Shown here: positions 1 to 12,977 of the stretch, piece after piece
How the letters are laid out: the number at the start of each line of letters is the position of its first letter
Position numbering within the stretch: position 1 is the first letter of the stretch
NCBI GenBank assembly: GCA_951406725.2
Contig: OX597820.1
Location: 53,878,001 to 53,942,000, forward strand
DNA from: Octopus vulgaris
Lineage: Eukaryota
Direction: 5' to 3'
DNA length: 64,000 bases
The notes under the pieces: generated by a model
Databases searched by the model: none
What the model saw: only the letters and a program-made list of their open reading frames with translations
What the model was told of the DNA's origin: nothing
Program-made: the position numbers and the translations under genes

Positions 1-318
1 CATCATCATCGTCGTCGTCGTCATCATCGTCATCATCATCATCATCATCATCATCAACGATGATTACGTTATCGTAATCCCGCATCATCACCACCACCAC
101 CACCACCACCATCATCATCATCGTCGTCGTCGTCGTTGTCGTCGTCATCGTCATCATAGATTTACAGTTATTTGTCTTATCCAAAATACAAATGTTCCTA
201 TCTATTTATGTTACTTCGCTAATTGAATATTTAATGATGATACTAAGCTGTCGTCATTATTGTTGGTCATGTCAAGATGTGGGCAATGTTGGCAGAGTTG
301 TTGTTGCTGCTGTTATTG

Positions 319-388
<70 letters not shown>

Positions 389-1266
389 CAGCAGTAGCTG
401 CGGCTGCAGTTGTAGTTGTAGTAGTAATATTTGTAGTAGTTGCTTTTTGTTGTGATACTGTTGGTGGAGGAGGTTATGATGGTGGTGGTGGTGCTGGTGG
501 TGGTAGTGGTGGTGCTGGTGGTGGTGGTGGTGGTGGTGGTGGTGGTGGTGGTGGTGGTGGTGGTGACGCTGGTGGTGGTGACGCTGGTGGTGGTGACGCT
601 GGTGGTGGTGGTCTTAGTGATGATGGTAGTGTTGATAGTTTTTATTGCAGTGGTGGTGGTGATGGCAATACGGGTGAGGTAGTTGAGTTATAGTAACGTT
701 TAGTGATATTGATAGCATTAGTAATGTTTCTGCCTTGCTGTTTTTTTTTTGTTCTTGTTTCATCCCCTGTCCTAACCCAAAGGACCTATAACAAAATGTA
801 ATTCCACCCCGACCATCGTATCGTTTTAGAGATACACCTAGCACTGAATTATCCAATGCTACCTTTCACAATCAAGAAGAGTCGCTTTAGCAGCATTGTC
901 GGCTTCTGGGCAAATCTGTGCACTGGACCCTAAAGTATCTATTTATTGACAGAAATTGACGACATACATAGATCAGAACTGGACCCCTGGGCACCTCCCC
1001 ACTGTGCCCATAGAACTGTGCTCAAAATGGAAGCAACCAAAATAACATTTGGCTACTATTTCTAGCAGATCCAGCGACCAAACATAGGTTCCATCCTTGA
1101 TTCGACTGGAGTTGCGATGTGAGAAAGCGGAGTTGTGTATGAATCAGGAGAGAGGTAGATGACAATATTTAAAAAGTAGAGACAGGAGAGGATAAATAAA
1201 GTGTTGCCAGACTCCACATGAAATATTGACTTCTACCCTACTGTTGCCATCTTACCAATGTTTGTA

Positions 1267-1363
<97 letters not shown>

Positions 1364-1506
1364 GTTTAGCCGTACCATTTATTATCTTGTTGTTGATATG
1401 TATTAAAGCGGAAGAACTTAAATCTAATGACTAAAATATGGCAAAACAAAGTCTAGACTGCAGGTCTCCGTCATAGATACCCCGAGAAAAGTTGAGAGGA
1501 GTAGGT

Positions 1507-1560
<54 letters not shown>

Positions 1561-1863
1561 GGAGAGAGAGAGATAGAGAAGAAGAAGAATCAGAGGCAGA
1601 GAGAAGCAGAAAAACACGTGTGTTATCCAATAATGTAACCATGAGAGAAATTTCTTGTCTGCAACTTTCGAGACATTTTGACGCAAGCAGTTATTATCCT
1701 TCAGCTATATAAACCAGGAATAGGTAAAGCATTTAAAGATATGTAAATAATGAGCGAGTTGTTTGGAAGTGAAATTATTGAAATAGAAAATTATATAACA
1801 CCCCCCACCCACATCCCCACATCCACCCACACCCTCACATCCACCCACACATTCATACCCACA

Positions 1864-1900
<37 letters not shown>

Positions 1901-1952
1901 TTGTATATGCGTGTGTATGTATGTATGTATGTATGTATGTATGTATGTATGT

Positions 1953-2036
<84 letters not shown>

Positions 2037-2101
2037 GTAGATAGGTAGATAGATATAGATACATAATTATACATATACATATACACATATATAGATGAAC
2101 A

Positions 2102-2149
<48 letters not shown>

Positions 2150-2375
2150 TATTTATTACGTAAACGTTAATACATATACGAGCATGCATAAACATACGCT
2201 AGTAGCCAATTCTGCCATACGTTTTATGAATACCACACACGATGTTTATCTTCGTAACGAGATCACTGTCTTATTTCAAACAATTAAGCATTTTTTTTTC
2301 TTTTTCGTAAATTGACAAAATAGTTAACTGAGCAGATGTCTTTTGAATATTGTCGTCTGGAGACGTAAATGAAAT

Positions 2376-2570
2376 TTGTTTCAGTCATTTGACTGCGGCC
2401 ATGCTGGAGCACCGCCTTTTGTCGAACAAATCGACCCCAGGACTTATTCTTTGTAAGCCTGGTACTTATTCTATCGGTCTCTTTTGCCGAACCGATATGT
2501 TACGAGGACGTAAACACACCAACATCGGTTTTCAAGCGATGGTGGGGGGGACAAACACAGACTCACAAAC
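2376..2570 (-). mobile_element. SINE family A, 3' half
   Basis: Reverse complement matches the 3' half of the full copy at 38122-38496 (GCGGTGCTCCAGCATGGCC.CAGTCAAATGACTGAAACA). Confidence 0.85.
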
Positions 2571-2787
2571 ATATACATATACATGTGTGTGTGTATGTGT
2601 GTGTGTGTGTGTGTGGTTGGTTGGTAAGCAAGCTACTTATCACACAGTACTCATTATCATTATCATCGTAGACGTCGTTGTCATCGTTGTCGTCCTCATC
2701 TTGAAGATCACATATCAACCACCACCTTCACCACATTGCCATATTATCACCATCACAATTAGAATAACCATAATAATGACAGCAACA

Positions 2788-2856
<69 letters not shown>

Positions 2857-2864
2857 TATTATTA

Positions 2865-2919
<55 letters not shown>

Positions 2920-2989
2920 CATTGTTATTGTTGTTGTTGTTGTTGTTGTTATTACTTCATTTATTGGCCACCAGGGCCGACATATAGGG

Positions 2990-5352
2990 GACAATACAGT
3001 AGACGTGGACAGTAGGGATTTTAAGCAAAACAAGGAGTACACAAAACAATAACTGTAATACCAAACTAGAAGAATATAACAATGAAAGATATTAAAAATA
3101 TTGGAGACACTAATTTACTGATCTATGCAGGAGGAGCAATAGTCACCTGATGATTAAATATCTCACAGGGAAATATTGAAAAAGAGTAAATGTGGAAAAG
3201 AAGACTACAAAACAAATTGGAGACTTTAGTAGAATAGAAACATGGGAACTGAACAAGTTAGAAAATACAAGATGCAAATCTTCGCTCGAGAAAATATACT
3301 TAGTCAAAGAGAAAGGTTTGGGAATATTAATAGAAGAATTGAAACAGCGTATCATAGCAGTAGCATGCAAGCTCTCCAGATATCATAAAAGAATGGGTCA
3401 GTATCAACAGAATAGATTATTTGAGACAAACCAGAGGAAATATTTTATAACCAAATAAATAATAGAAAACGAAGTACTGAAGATGAGAAACCTAATGCAG
3501 AAGAAGCTAGAAAGTTCTGGAGTAATATTTGAGATAAGCCAGTCAATCATAATGGAGATGCAATATGGTTAAAGAAAGTGAGGGAAGAAATAGTGAGTGA
3601 GAAGCAACCAGATCTAAGATTAACTAGAGCTTAAATGAGTAAAGTGTTGGGAAAATGACGAGTTGGAAGGGCCCAGGACCAGATTTAGTTCAAGGGTACT
3701 GGCTAATGAAATTTAGTAGTTTACATGGGAGGCTGAGGAACAACTTCAAGATTGCCTTAATAGCAGATTGGATGACTAGAGGGAGGGCAATATTCATTAT
3801 GAAGGATAAGAGCAAGAGTAATACAGCTAGCAACCATAGATCAATCATTTGCTTACCATCAATCACTTGCTGGTTGAAGTTGTACAGATGTGCGGCAAGG
3901 ATATAAGGATGGAATTCAGTATCTCGAAGTATACGGGGTTCACTTTGAAATGGGAAAAAGAACAGATTATAGGGTCACAGAATTGCCTAACGGAGAGAAA
4001 ATGGAAGACCCGGATAATGATGGATACAAGTACTTTGGAATCCTGGATCTGGATAATGTCTTTCCCAGAGAAATGAAAGACAACGTCATCACCGCTTATT
4101 TGAAGCGCTTCGAACTTCTCTTGGAATCAAGACTCAAATCAAGGAACCTTGTGACTGCTACATCAACATATGGGTTGTTGTTGTAGTCTGCTACCTTCAA
4201 ATGGTCACGAGCGGAGATTGACCAATTCGATCACACAACCCGAAAGACAATGACATTACACGATGGCCTCCACCCTAAGGCAAACGTATATAGGTTCTGC
4301 ATGAAGAGGTGTAAAGGTGGACGTGAGCTGATTAGCGTACGGTGGTGCATCAACATTGAAAGAAGAAACCTGGCAAAGAATTTGGTAAACAGCAAGCAAG
4401 AACTGCTATAGTATGCTGCTAATGCAGAAGGATTTACCAAAAATGGACTTGAGAATGTTAATCAATTGCGATCACGAATAGCGAACAAGAGAGAAAAAAC
4501 TCTACTCCGCATGGAATTACATAGTCAGTTCCACAGTGAAACTAACAACTTAAAAGATCATGAAGCACCTTGGAGATGGCTCAGCAAGGGTGACCTAAAA
4601 TAGAAGACTGAAAGACATTAGTCTGCCCAGGATCAATTCAGGATCAATTCAGTAAAAAGAGGTGCATGCCACACACATGCAACGAGCCTCTGCAGAATGT
4701 ATGGGATGAGGGTCGAAAACGTGACTCACATTGGAGGTGCTTGTGAAAGTCTTGCACAGAAAGAATACAAGTGCAGACACGACAAGGTAGCGCAGACGCT
4801 TCACTGGCTACTATACTATATATGGTAACGGGTGCTTAGTACCAATACACTCCGGAAAAGCTAATTGACGAAAAGGGGAAGGCAAAAAATCCTCTGGGAC
4901 TTTGACTTCCATACAGACAAAGTGTTAGAGCACCGAAGGCCTTACATAGTAACCTTTAGGAGGGCCAAACAAGAGTGCCTAATAGCGGACGTGGCAGTGC
5001 TAGGAGATCAACATACTCTCATGAAAGAAAGAGAAAAAGTTGATAAATATGGAGACCTGAGAATTGAGATCGCTAAGATGTGGCAGCTACGAAAGTCAAA
5101 TGTAAAGGTTGTCCTTATTGTCATCGGAGCATTGGGTTCAATGCCATCCAACCTGAAGAAACATCTGGAAACTTTAGAAATACCCTACAATCTAGTTGTA
5201 CTGCAAAATTCGGCATTATTTGAAACAGCACGCATATTGCGTAAAGTACTGTCTCTCTGAGGTCTTCGTTGTAACTTGACTGACAGTACAAACTGTCACC
5301 GGTTGACGCAATATCTTCAATCAACATCATCACGATATTGGATACTGTGTGA
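2990..5352 (+). mobile_element. Decayed R4/Dong-like non-LTR retrotransposon (RT plus restriction-like endonuclease), internally deleted
   Basis: Fragmented frames: WKGPGPDLVQGYWL and DWMTRGRAIFIMKD..NHRSIICL (RT N-terminal motifs), GYKYFGIL, a knuckle LCRMYG..ENVTHIGGAC..EYKCRHDKVAQTLHW (~4690-4806), and the RLE domain ILWDFDFHTD..HRRP..IADVAV..EKVDKYGDL (4865-5260). A short 3'UTR is followed by (TAA)n. Many stops and frameshifts; the central RT motifs are missing near 3860. The 5' boundary is approximate. Confidence 0.85.
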
Positions 5353-5353
5353 A

Positions 5354-5422
<69 letters not shown>

Positions 5423-5907
5423 TCTTTACTAGCCACGGAGGACTAACACGAAGGAAAACATTAATGACGGCACATGACAGTACAGTGTGGTTTTTAGCGT
5501 GTAAAATATATAACAAATAAAATAAATTCAAAGTAAATTCTCCAGTAGAGAGGGGCCACTCATGGAATGGGTCTTCCAAAGGTCACTCATGGAGAAAGCC
5601 CAGAAAATCCACAGTCAATATGACCACCAGGCTTCCGACATGCTTGGCGGCATTTCGTCCGTCTTTAAGTTCTGAGTTCAAATTCTGCTGAAGTCGACTT
5701 TGTCTTTCGTCCTTTCAGAATCGATGAAATAAATACAGCTGAACGCTGGAATCAATGTAATGGATGCTGGCCTTGAGCCAAAATTTGAAATCAATATATA
5801 TATATATATATATATTGATAAAACGGTAAGATAACAAAAGAAAGAAAGAGACCTCAATATTATGTAAATAGAGGAAATTTATCTATACAATATGTTACAT
5901 TACTCGG

Positions 5908-5981
5908 TAGTCAAGATAAAACTCTGAGTTTCAGATGCCGAAGTGGAAATCCACAACACCATCTCTTCGGTTATCTGGCTA
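5908..5981 (-). ncRNA. Variant type I hammerhead ribozyme motif in the PLE terminal repeat (left arm)
   Basis: Reverse complement of 7973-8046. Confidence 0.6.
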
Positions 5982-6171
5982 TTTGAAAACGTTATGAAAA
6001 AATACCGTTAAAAATGAAGGGAAATTACTCTGTTATAACTCTGCTTTGCCTGCGTACTTATACATCGCTCGCATTTTTCGTCATAAAAATTATATAAAAA
6101 TACATAAAAAATATATAAAAATATATAAAAATATATAAAATCTTCTTGGGACATAACACAGAAAGCATGTT

Positions 6172-7119
6172 CTATCCGTTTTCTTTAGGGGACCAAAAAC
6201 GTAACAGAAATTTAGTCACATGTGGGCATGATCCGAAAAGTTCTGTCCTTGTATTTAGACATGTGGTAGGGTCTAAGCTGCTTTTCCAGATAAGCCATCT
6301 CTCCATGTCGCATAAACCGCACCTTCCGCTGCCGTTAGTATAGGGCTTACATCTGGCCAAAATCTTCCATTGTATGTTATAATCGACACCTTTATCTCTT
6401 AAAGACCAAATATGATTGGATAATTGTGTCGCTTTTCTTTTGTTCCAGTGCCTAAAGCTCAAAGTGTGGTTATTGAACCTGGTCTTGAAATTACCCTCTG
6501 TCAGGCCCACGTATTTCTTCGTCAAAACGGTGTCTTTAGTGGTTATAGAGTTTACGGTAGCCTCATATATGATGGTCTTGGACATGCAAGCTCCATTTAG
6601 CGGGCACAATTCTTTATTCCTGCATGAACAGCTGTTTTCTTCTTGTGTTTTTTGTATGTTATGATTGATTATGTTTTTAAAATTGGTAGTTGAACTAAAA
6701 CTAATTTTTAAATTGTGTCTATTGAAGAGTTTCCTATAAGCATGGTTAACTGGAAAATGTCTATCTATCAGTGCTAGGAAATATTTACCTATATTGAAGG
6801 CCACCTCGGGTGAGTAAGGGGGCGTAAACCAGATGACCTTCCTATTTCTATTATTCCTTTTCCTTATTGTTGGGCTGGTGATAGGTGTATATTTTATTTT
6901 TTCGCTAAAACCACTATCTTTTAAAGCTTTATTATAAACTGGGGCAACGCTATTGAAGATGTCCTCATTAGATGAGAGGCTAGAAATCCTATTACTAATA
7001 TTTTTAACTAAATTTTTGAATACTATAGGGGGATGGCATGAACCTACATTAATATAACTTAGTCTATCATTGGGCTTCCTATAAGGCTTATAAATATTAT
7101 TATTAAGATCTAAGGAAAC
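6172..7119 (-). CDS. PLE polyprotein C-terminal fragment: RT thumb, Cys-rich linker and GIY-YIG endonuclease (open frame, no start codon)
   Basis: Uninterrupted 316-codon frame: VSLDLNNNIYKPYRKPND..YINVGSCHPP..KVIWFTPPYS..CSCRNKELCPLNGAC..IIYEATV..YVGLTEGNFKTRFNNH..KPY..CGLC..stop. Confidence 0.85.
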   Translation of the reverse strand, partial: VSLDLNNNIYKPYRKPNDRLSYINVGSCHPPIVFKNLVKNISNRISSLSSNEDIFNSVAPVYNKALKDSGFSEKIKYTPITSPTIRKRNNRNRKVIWFTPPYSPEVAFNIGKYFLALIDRHFPVNHAYRKLFNRHNLKISFSSTTNFKNIINHNIQKTQEENSCSCRNKELCPLNGACMSKTIIYEATVNSITTKDTVLTKKYVGLTEGNFKTRFNNHTLSFRHWNKRKATQLSNHIWSLRDKGVDYNIQWKILARCKPYTNGSGRCGLCDMERWLIWKSSLDPTTCLNTRTELFGSCPHVTKFLLRFWSPKENG

Positions 7120-7120
7120 G

Positions 7121-7782
7121 TCTGGTTTACGCCCCCTTACTCACCCGAGGTGGCCTTCAATATAGGTAAATATTTCCTAGCACTGATAGATAGACATTTT
7201 CCAGTTAACCATGCTTATAGGAAACTCTTCAATAGACACAATTTAAAAATTAGTTTTAGTTCAACTACCAATTTTAAAAACATAATCAATCATAACATAC
7301 AAAAAACACAAGAAGAAAACAGCTGTTCATGCAGGAATAAAGAATTGTGCCCGCTAAATGGAGCTTGCATGTCCAAGACCATCATATATGAGGCTACCGT
7401 AAACTCTATAACCACTAAAGACACCGTTTTGACGAAGAAATACGTGGGCCTGACAGAGGGTAATTTCAAGACCAGGTTCAATAACCACACTTTGAGCTTT
7501 AGGCACTGGAACAAAAGAAAAGCGACACAATTATCCAATCATATTTGGTCTTTAAGAGATAAAGGTGTCGATTATAACATACAATGGAAGATTTTGGCCA
7601 GATGTAAGCCCTATACTAACGGCAGCGGAAGGTGCGGTTTATGCGACATGGAGAGATGGCTTATCTGGAAAAGCAGCTTAGACCCTACCACATGTCTAAA
7701 TACAAGGACAGAACTTTTCGGATCATGCCCACATGTGACTAAATTTCTGTTACGTTTTTGGTCCCCTAAAGAAAACGGATAG
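7121..7782 (+). pseudogene. Inverted duplicate of the PLE linker and GIY-YIG coding segment
   Basis: Same translation as 6172-6833 on the opposite strand; it begins abruptly at the inversion junction. Confidence 0.85.
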
Positions 7783-7972
7783 AACATGCTTTCTGTGTTA
7801 TGTCCCAAGAAGATTTTATATATTTTTATATATTTTTATATATTTTTTATGTATTTTTATATAATTTTTATGACGAAAAATGCGAGCGATGTATAAGTAC
7901 GCAGGCAAAGCAGAGTTATAACAGAGTAATTTCCCTTCATTTTTAACGGTATTTTTTCATAACGTTTTCAAA

Positions 7973-8046
7973 TAGCCAGATAACCGAAGAGATGGTGTTG
8001 TGGATTTCCACTTCGGCATCTGAAACTCAGAGTTTTATCTTGACTA
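7973..8046 (+). ncRNA. Variant type I hammerhead ribozyme motif in the PLE terminal repeat (right arm)
   Basis: Stem I AGATAA/TTATCT (extendable with TAGCC/GACTA), core CCGAAGA, stem II GATG..CATC, GAAA, stem III CTC-A-GAG, then TT. Confidence 0.6.
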
Positions 8047-8069
8047 CCGAGTAATGTAACATATTGTAT

Positions 8070-8114
<45 letters not shown>

Positions 8115-9404
8115 GTGAATATGTGTGTGTGTGTGTGCGAGAGAGAGAGAGAGAGAGAGAGAGTGCATTTTGTGTAAATGATTTTACTTTTGTTTATATG
8201 TTTTTTGCGTTTATATTTTTGTTAGGCCGTGTTTACAACTTCCCAGGTAATACGAATATTTCTTTAGATCATTTGGAAATATACGTTTGGTAATGGTTCA
8301 GTGGCTTTTGACGATTGTACTGTTTCCGATCCTCTAATGTAAATTCACTTTTGTGGTGCAATTTTAGTTACATGAAAAATGCGTGGTTCCAGCGTTTCAT
8401 GTTTCCTCGTTGTATAAATAATACACTTCAACAGAGAATTCTAGAAGAATGCTCTGTTGAAAATGAGCAGTGAAATAGGAAACAGGAAAAGTATAGAAAG
8501 ACTCTGATTGTAGTAATTCTTAGCACAGCTTAAAAGTTAATTAGCAGGTTATATTACTCTGTAACTATGCGATTGTTCTGGTAGAACACGCAACCCCTAT
8601 TACAATCATCAACGGAACGACAATACTGGGACATTCTTAAACTAATTCTGTTTACGAATATAACGGTATCAATGAAACTTTATCTGTTTCAGTTGACAAC
8701 AATGTCATGAAGTTCAACTGCAATCCGTATACTACACAATTAGTTAAAGTAATGAATAGGATTCATGTTCAAATATGAATCCTTCTCATTTCTACTTAGA
8801 ATCATTCAATTTAATGCTCTCCCAGCTGAGATGCTATATGTCAAAGACAGTCTCCATGAGGCCTCTTCACTTACTCGAAATAGTAGTCAAATTTCTCTAA
8901 TTTCACATGTTACCGTCTTAAAAACGGGAGGCAAGTGTCTTGTTCAAAAATGCAATCGAAGGCATATTAGAAATTAAACAGAGATGAGATGATTATGTTT
9001 TGATCGTTTTTGACCGGAATTCTGATTCAACTAGGGCTCACATGACGCTAAATAAAGAGAGGAATAACAGCAAGAACAACAGCGGTTTGAAAAAAAAACC
9101 CTTCTATATTTTATGAAAATATTAAATATGCGTGAGTATATTCAACAGCATGTGACTTGTATAGGTGAGGTAAGTAGGTACATACATACATGCTTAGATA
9201 CATACCTACATACATACATACATACATACATACATACATACATACATACATACATACAAACATACATACAAACATACATATTGAAATTCCAAATGAAGGA
9301 GCGCTGGATCTAGGTTAGAAAACGGTTCTCTTCCAATTGGCAAGAAATCTTGAAATAAACTGAATAACGACATACGTACGTACATACATACATACATACA
9401 TACA

Positions 9405-9440
<36 letters not shown>

Positions 9441-9730
9441 CGAATTTGTACATATAGTATATAAGTATGCATATATGTATTATGTATATATAACTATGGT
9501 ACACGGACGGGATGCCGAAGGATAAAAAGTTGAACAAGATGCCTAAAAGTCATACGAAAATAAAAATATATAATTATTATTCTATTCCTACGATATGACC
9601 ATTTGACAGGTTAAATGGTCATTAAATTATATCGGTAGGAGTTTTTTTGTTTTTATTGTGTCCGTTCGGCCTCTTGGCTTCAGCTTCTTGTTCTTCAGCA
9701 AAAGTACATTCAGCAACCTGTCCTCGCACG

Positions 9731-9775
<45 letters not shown>

Positions 9776-9786
9776 CAAATATATAC

Positions 9787-9843
<57 letters not shown>

Positions 9844-9874
9844 CATATATATATATATATATATATACATAGTT

Positions 9875-10075
9875 TATACTAACAGAAAACAAATGACGAA
9901 AACAGGTGAGGCAACAACAAGCAGGTGTATTAGTTTAACTCTCGAGAAGAATGGAAAAGAGTTTGACGTTTCGAGCCTATGCTCTTCGATAGAAAGGTTT
10001 GAGAGGGGGAAATAGAGACAGAACGAAAAGAAAAGGAGACAGGAAGCAAATGTGCAGGGATTGACGGTTCAACAT
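9875..10075 (-). mobile_element. Short PLE terminal-repeat-like fragment with a minimal hammerhead-like motif
   Basis: Minus strand of 9961-9997 reads TTT-CTATCGAA-GAGC(ATAG)GCTC-GAAA-CG-TC-AAA. It sits between (TA)n tracts. Confidence 0.5.
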
Positions 10076-10110
10076 GATGATATATATATATATGTGTGTG
10101 TGTGTGTGTA

Positions 10111-10151
<41 letters not shown>

Positions 10152-10157
10152 CCATCC

Positions 10158-10277
<120 letters not shown>

Positions 10278-10478
10278 GGATGGATGGATGTATGTGTGTA
10301 TGTATATTACATACACAGGTGTGGATGTGTGGTTACAAACATATTTTAACTAACCTGAACTTCGCGTATATATATGTGTGTGTGTGTATGTGTGTGTGTG
10401 TGTGTACGTATGTATGTATGTATGTATGAATGTATGTATGTATGTATGTATGTATGTATTTATGTATGTATGTATGTA

Positions 10479-12102
10479 CAGTTGCGGCCAAAATGTTTAG
10501 AACGGCATTGTTTTCGCCAGAAAAGTAGGTATAAGTTTTTATCAAACTTGTTTTATGTTCTATAATTTTCACAGACAATAAATTTGATATTAATTGTTAT
10601 TGTCTGAGATTTTGGTGTAATGTGAGATCATAATACAAAAGTTATGGATGATTTAGTAATTTACTGCAAAACCCATGGCTGCCAAAATGATCAGAACGGT
10701 TGAAAAAATAACAAAATAATCAAAAATGACAGAGAATACTGGAATTATTTAATATTTAGTGTGAAGCCCTTTAGTTTCAATCACACTTTGACATCTTCGA
10801 CTGCATGAGGAAATTAAATTTTCAATTTCTTGCTAGGTGATCTTATTCCATTCTTCCTGAAGGGCATTCCATAATTGCTCGGTTGTTTTAGGATTTCTGG
10901 CTTTCAAACGTTCTCCTAGAATATTCCACACATTTTCAATAGGATTGAGATCTGGGCTTTGAGCAGGCCAATCCATAATAATAACCTTTTCAGCCTTGAG
11001 GAAGTTCATGACCACCTTATCCTTGTGACATGGGGCATTGTCATGCATGAATATGGGTGGTCGCTTAGTTGAATTTCTCAGCACAGGCAAGACATGATCT
11101 TTTACAAGTTGTTTATAAACTCCTGCATTTACCTTTCCGTGTAATCGCACAAAAGAGCCCACACCATCTCCAGATATCATCCCCCAAACCATGACGCTTC
11201 CTCCACCGAATTTAACACTAGTCATAAGGCATTTAGGCGACAATTTTTCACCTACTTTTCAACGAACGTACCTTTTCCCATCTGAACCAAATAACATAAA
11301 CTTAGATTCATCACTGAAATGCACCGTTTGCCATTTTTCTTGAGACCACAACACATGCTCGGTTGCAAAGGTAAGACGACAATTTTATTTTTGGAGCTGA
11401 TCAGTGGCTTCACTGCAGGTGATCTTGCTTGTAGGTTATGTTCAACTAAATGATGAGACAGTTTTTCTTCAGTACAATGCTCATTTCCCGAGAAACAGCA
11501 GCAGCAGTTTTAAATCTGTCCTTTTTAACCAACTTTACCATAGCACGATCTTATCTTCTCTCTTGGTCGTTTTTCTTGGCTTACCTGTAGACTTTCTTGC
11601 TTCACACGAACCACAATCATCGTAGACCTTAAGAATACCGTGAACAACACTTTTTGACTTGTTAACAATCTTTGCAATAGACCCAATACTTAAATTATCC
11701 TTCTTTCGAAGCTTAAGAATCTGCTGACGAATTGGTAACGGAGTAAGTGGCATTATATTAACAAAGTACACTGCAGATATTCTCACTAATGTTTAGTAAA
11801 CGAACCATCACGTAAACAAATTCAAAACATTAGAGTTCGCCGGTTAAATATACTAAAACACGGAGTAAAAGCAACCGTTCTGATCATTTTGGCCGCCATG
11901 GGTTTTGCAGTAAATCACTAAATAATCATCCATAACTTTTGTATTATCCTCTCAAATTAAACCAAAATCTCAGACAATAACAATTAATATCGTATTTATT
12001 GTCTGTGAAAATTATAGAATATAAAACAACTTTGATAAAAACTTATATCTACTTACTTTTCTGGCGAAAACAATGCCGTTCTGAACATTTTGGCCGCAAC
12101 TG
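10479..12102 (-). mobile_element. Full-length Tc1-family DNA transposon (IR/DR type) with TA target duplication
   Basis: TA|CAGTTGCGGCCAAAATG...CATTTTGGCCGCAACTG|TA. The ~230-bp TIRs (10479-~10702, ~11875-12102) each contain an inner copy of the terminal motif (GCCAAAATGATCAGAACGG). Length 1624 bp. Confidence 0.95.
10749..11753 (-). pseudogene. Tc1 transposase (DD34E), disrupted
   Basis: N-terminal HTH with GKPRKTT, then FSDESKF, FGGGSVMVWG, FMHDNAPCH and SPDLNPIENVW (34 residues between the second D and E), ending HTKY*. Several stops and frameshifts. Confidence 0.92.
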
Positions 12103-12949
12103 TAGATATGTATGCATGTGTGTGTTATTAGAAATACGTGTGTGTATGTCTGAGACATTTTTTGTGTATATACTTCTATTTTTATCGCCTTCTAATTTTG
12201 ATTTGATTCTAAGTCAATGTAATTATGTAATCATTAGAGATGAAGCCGTTGTATGAGACAGTAAATAAAAAATAATATTAAAATGCTCTATTATTCTGTT
12301 TATTCTGAGTAGTATCTGACTGACTAGAATTAGGCAATTTATAATTCCAGCGATCATTACTTTATGTGTAATTTAGATATCGTGAATCCAACGACACTTT
12401 GTCTTCTTTGTTTTCCCATGTTTAAGACGTTCTGTGTGATTTTACAAATATTTAGGTACTATTTCAAACAGATCGATTATCACATAAATGCAACCCAGTT
12501 AGAATTCAGTTAGAATAAGATGTCGTAGAAAAGTGTTGGTTGGAGGTGAGTGAGGAAAAATATATTTAGCAAGCAATTCAGAACAGGAACTGTAGTTCTA
12601 ACAGTAAATTATAAGGGAAAAGTGCTAGCGTAAGAAAGAAAGAGAAGAGACCTACTGAATTTTGCTTATAGGAAAAGCTGTATGTCTGTAGTAGCAACAG
12701 AAGCAAGATCATCGTTCCATTGGTGCAATCAATATAACCATTGAATATTTTCTTTAAGCTTTGTAAAGGTTAAACAACTGATGGGGATTGCAGACTTTCC
12801 TGACTATAAATAAAAAAGTTAAATATTTTTAGTAATACTGTTTTGCCAATGTTATATATGTGAGTCACCATATGAGATCCCGTATTTGTATGGAATTTAA
12901 TGAAAGTTTTAGTAGAGTGTCGTTCGTCAGTGGGGAAAAGGATTTTCAA

Positions 12950-12977
12950 GCCGTTCTGAACATTTTGGCCGCAACTG
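12950..12977. mobile_element. Orphan Tc1 right terminus
   Basis: 28-bp exact match to 12075-12102, followed by TA. Confidence 0.85.

Larger units (their letters stand above)
5816..8074. mobile_element. Penelope-like element, 5'-truncated, with an inverted duplicate of its 3' 954 bp
   Basis: 5880-6833 is the reverse complement of 7121-8074, and the two 210-aa translations are identical. The spacer 6834-7120 encodes the RT C-terminus on the minus strand. (TA)n lies on both flanks. Confidence 0.93.

Noticed and set aside
192-693. Poly-S/V/G ORFs and the many YI, CV, YLSI and HT ORFs across the window
   Set aside because: They are translations of microsatellites with no domain content or splice support.
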